A stretch of DNA of 64,000 nt from Paecilomyces variotii (lineage: Eukaryota), in NCBI GenBank assembly GCA_004022145.1, contig RCNU01000013.1; one strand, written 5' to 3'. Shown here piece by piece: positions 62,481 to 64,000 of this stretch (the stretch's first letter is position 1; every line of letters begins with the position of its first letter). The notes under the pieces are model-generated. The model was not told the origin of the DNA. It saw only the letters and a program-made list of their open reading frames with translations, and searched no databases. Made by a program: the position numbers and the translations under genes.

Positions 62481-64000
62481 ATGGCTATTCTTCAGTCCAC
62501 CATGCTGTTTATTGTGCATATTCTCCTCCTGCTGGGGCTTTCTACCTTCCTGGTGGACGCTGCTCCCATGCCGCAGGCCAGCGCATCCGCTGCGACATCC
62601 GACTTCTGGGTTTCCACGATCAAGCGCCAGGGTACTACTCCCTTCGGACAGAGTAACTACCAGGTGTACCGCAACGTGAAGGACTTTGGTGCTAAGGGTA
62701 AGACTCATTTTCCATGTATTCACTGTACAAACTGACAGGCCATTAGGTGATGGCTCCACTGATGACACCGATGCCATTAACAAGGCTATCTCGTCTGGCA
62801 ACCGCTGTGGAGAAAACTGCGACTCGTCCACTGTTACTCCTGCTCTGGTTTACTTCCCACCCGGTACCTACGTTGTCTCCAAGCCCATCATCGAGTACTA
62901 CTACACGCAGATGGTTGGTGATGCGCTCGATGTTCCCACTCTGAAGGCCGCTCCTGGATTCCAGGGTATTGCTGTTATCGACGCCGACCCTTACAACAAT
63001 GACGGTTCCAACTGGTACACCAACCAGAACAACTTCTTCCGCTCTGTTCGCAACTTCGTTATCGATCTCACGGCTATGCCTCAGGGCTCGGGAGCCGGTA
63101 TCCACTGGCAGGTTGCTCAGGCTTCCAGCCTGCAGAACATTCGCTTCGAGATGGTCAAGGGAGGCGGTGATGCCAACAAGCAGATGGGTATCTTCATGGA
63201 CAACGGTTCCGGTGGCTTCATGACCGACCTGACTTTCAACGGTGGAAACTACGGCATGTTCTTGGGCAACCAGCAGTTCACCACCCGCAACATGACCTTC
63301 AACGACTGCAACACGGCCATCTTCATGAACTGGAACTGGCTGTGGACCTTCAAGTCTCTCAACATCAACAACTGCCAGGTTGGTCTCAACATGTCGAACT
63401 CGCCCCAGAACCAGACTGTCGGATCGGTCTTGATCGCGGACAGCAAGCTCACCAACACCCCCAAGGGAGTGATCACTGCTTTCACAACCGACAGCATCCC
63501 TATCGGCGGTGGTGCCTTGGTTCTCAACAACGTTGACTTCACTGGTTCCACTGTTGCTGTTGCTGGGCTTTCTGGCAACACTATCCTTGCTGGTGGCTCT
63601 GTCATCGACTCTTGGATGCAGGGTAACACGTATACACCCCAAGACGCTCAGCTGTCGATCTCTCTCAAGGCTAGAGCCGAGCCCCCCAAGGTGCGACGTG
63701 ATGTTTGTATCGCCCGTCCTCCGCCATCCGCTCAACCCCCTGCTCCTGAGTCTGAAGCTCCTGCTCCTGCCCCTGCTTCTACCCAAGCTCCGGCTCCAGC
63801 CGCTCCAGCTCCAGCTTCTTCTGAAGCGCCAGCTGCTCAGCCGTCAGTCGCTGTGTCTCAAGCACCAGCCCCAGTTTCTGTTCAGACATCTGCGGCTCAA
63901 GCTCCTGCTCCTGTTTCTTCTGCCATGTCTCAGGTCCCCGCCGCTCAGCCTGCGTCTTCCTCTTCTGCCTCTCCCGCAGCCCAGAGCCAGCAGCCTGCCG
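62481..64000 (+). CDS. Secreted GH55 exo-beta-1,3-glucanase (partial, runs off right edge)
   Basis: Signal peptide, YRNVKDFGAK|GDGSTDDTDAIN, VYFPPGTY, NQNNFFRSVRNFVID, GIHWQVAQASSLQN, GGFMTDLTFNGG and GNQQFTTRN, then an Ala/Pro/Ser-rich insert. Confidence 0.95.

Noticed and set aside
62743-63786. 347-aa minus-strand ORF
   Set aside because: Antisense shadow of the codon-biased GH55 gene.

Overview
Intron-rich filamentous ascomycete DNA, most consistent with Eurotiales (Aspergillus/Paecilomyces-like). Ordinary host genes, left to right: AIF/AMID-type oxidoreductase (partial), poly(A) polymerase, homoserine-acetyltransferase-like hydrolase, Zn2Cys6 regulator, an uncharacterised membrane-anchored protein, multicopper oxidase, amidase, SDR, class II aldolase, type II NADH dehydrogenase, His-rich HSP20, ankyrin-CorA protein, a conserved hypothetical, PLP aminotransferase and GH55 exo-beta-1,3-glucanase (partial). 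The interesting part is an accessory-looking block at about 16.9-30.2 kb. It holds an intact 346-bp TA-flanked pogo/Tc1-mariner-type MITE, a NACHT-ankyrin NLR pseudogene, and a broken tyrosine-recombinase relic resembling a Starship 'captain' (DUF3435-type). Behind that relic sit an apparently intact PD-(D/E)XK nuclease gene and a gene from an unnamed family. A second, distant member of that family lies at 17 kb with introns at equivalent positions. Tc1 and Ty3/Gypsy relics and an intronless Myb/SANT-like orphan lie elsewhere. All family calls come from motif recognition by eye, and exon boundaries are manual.
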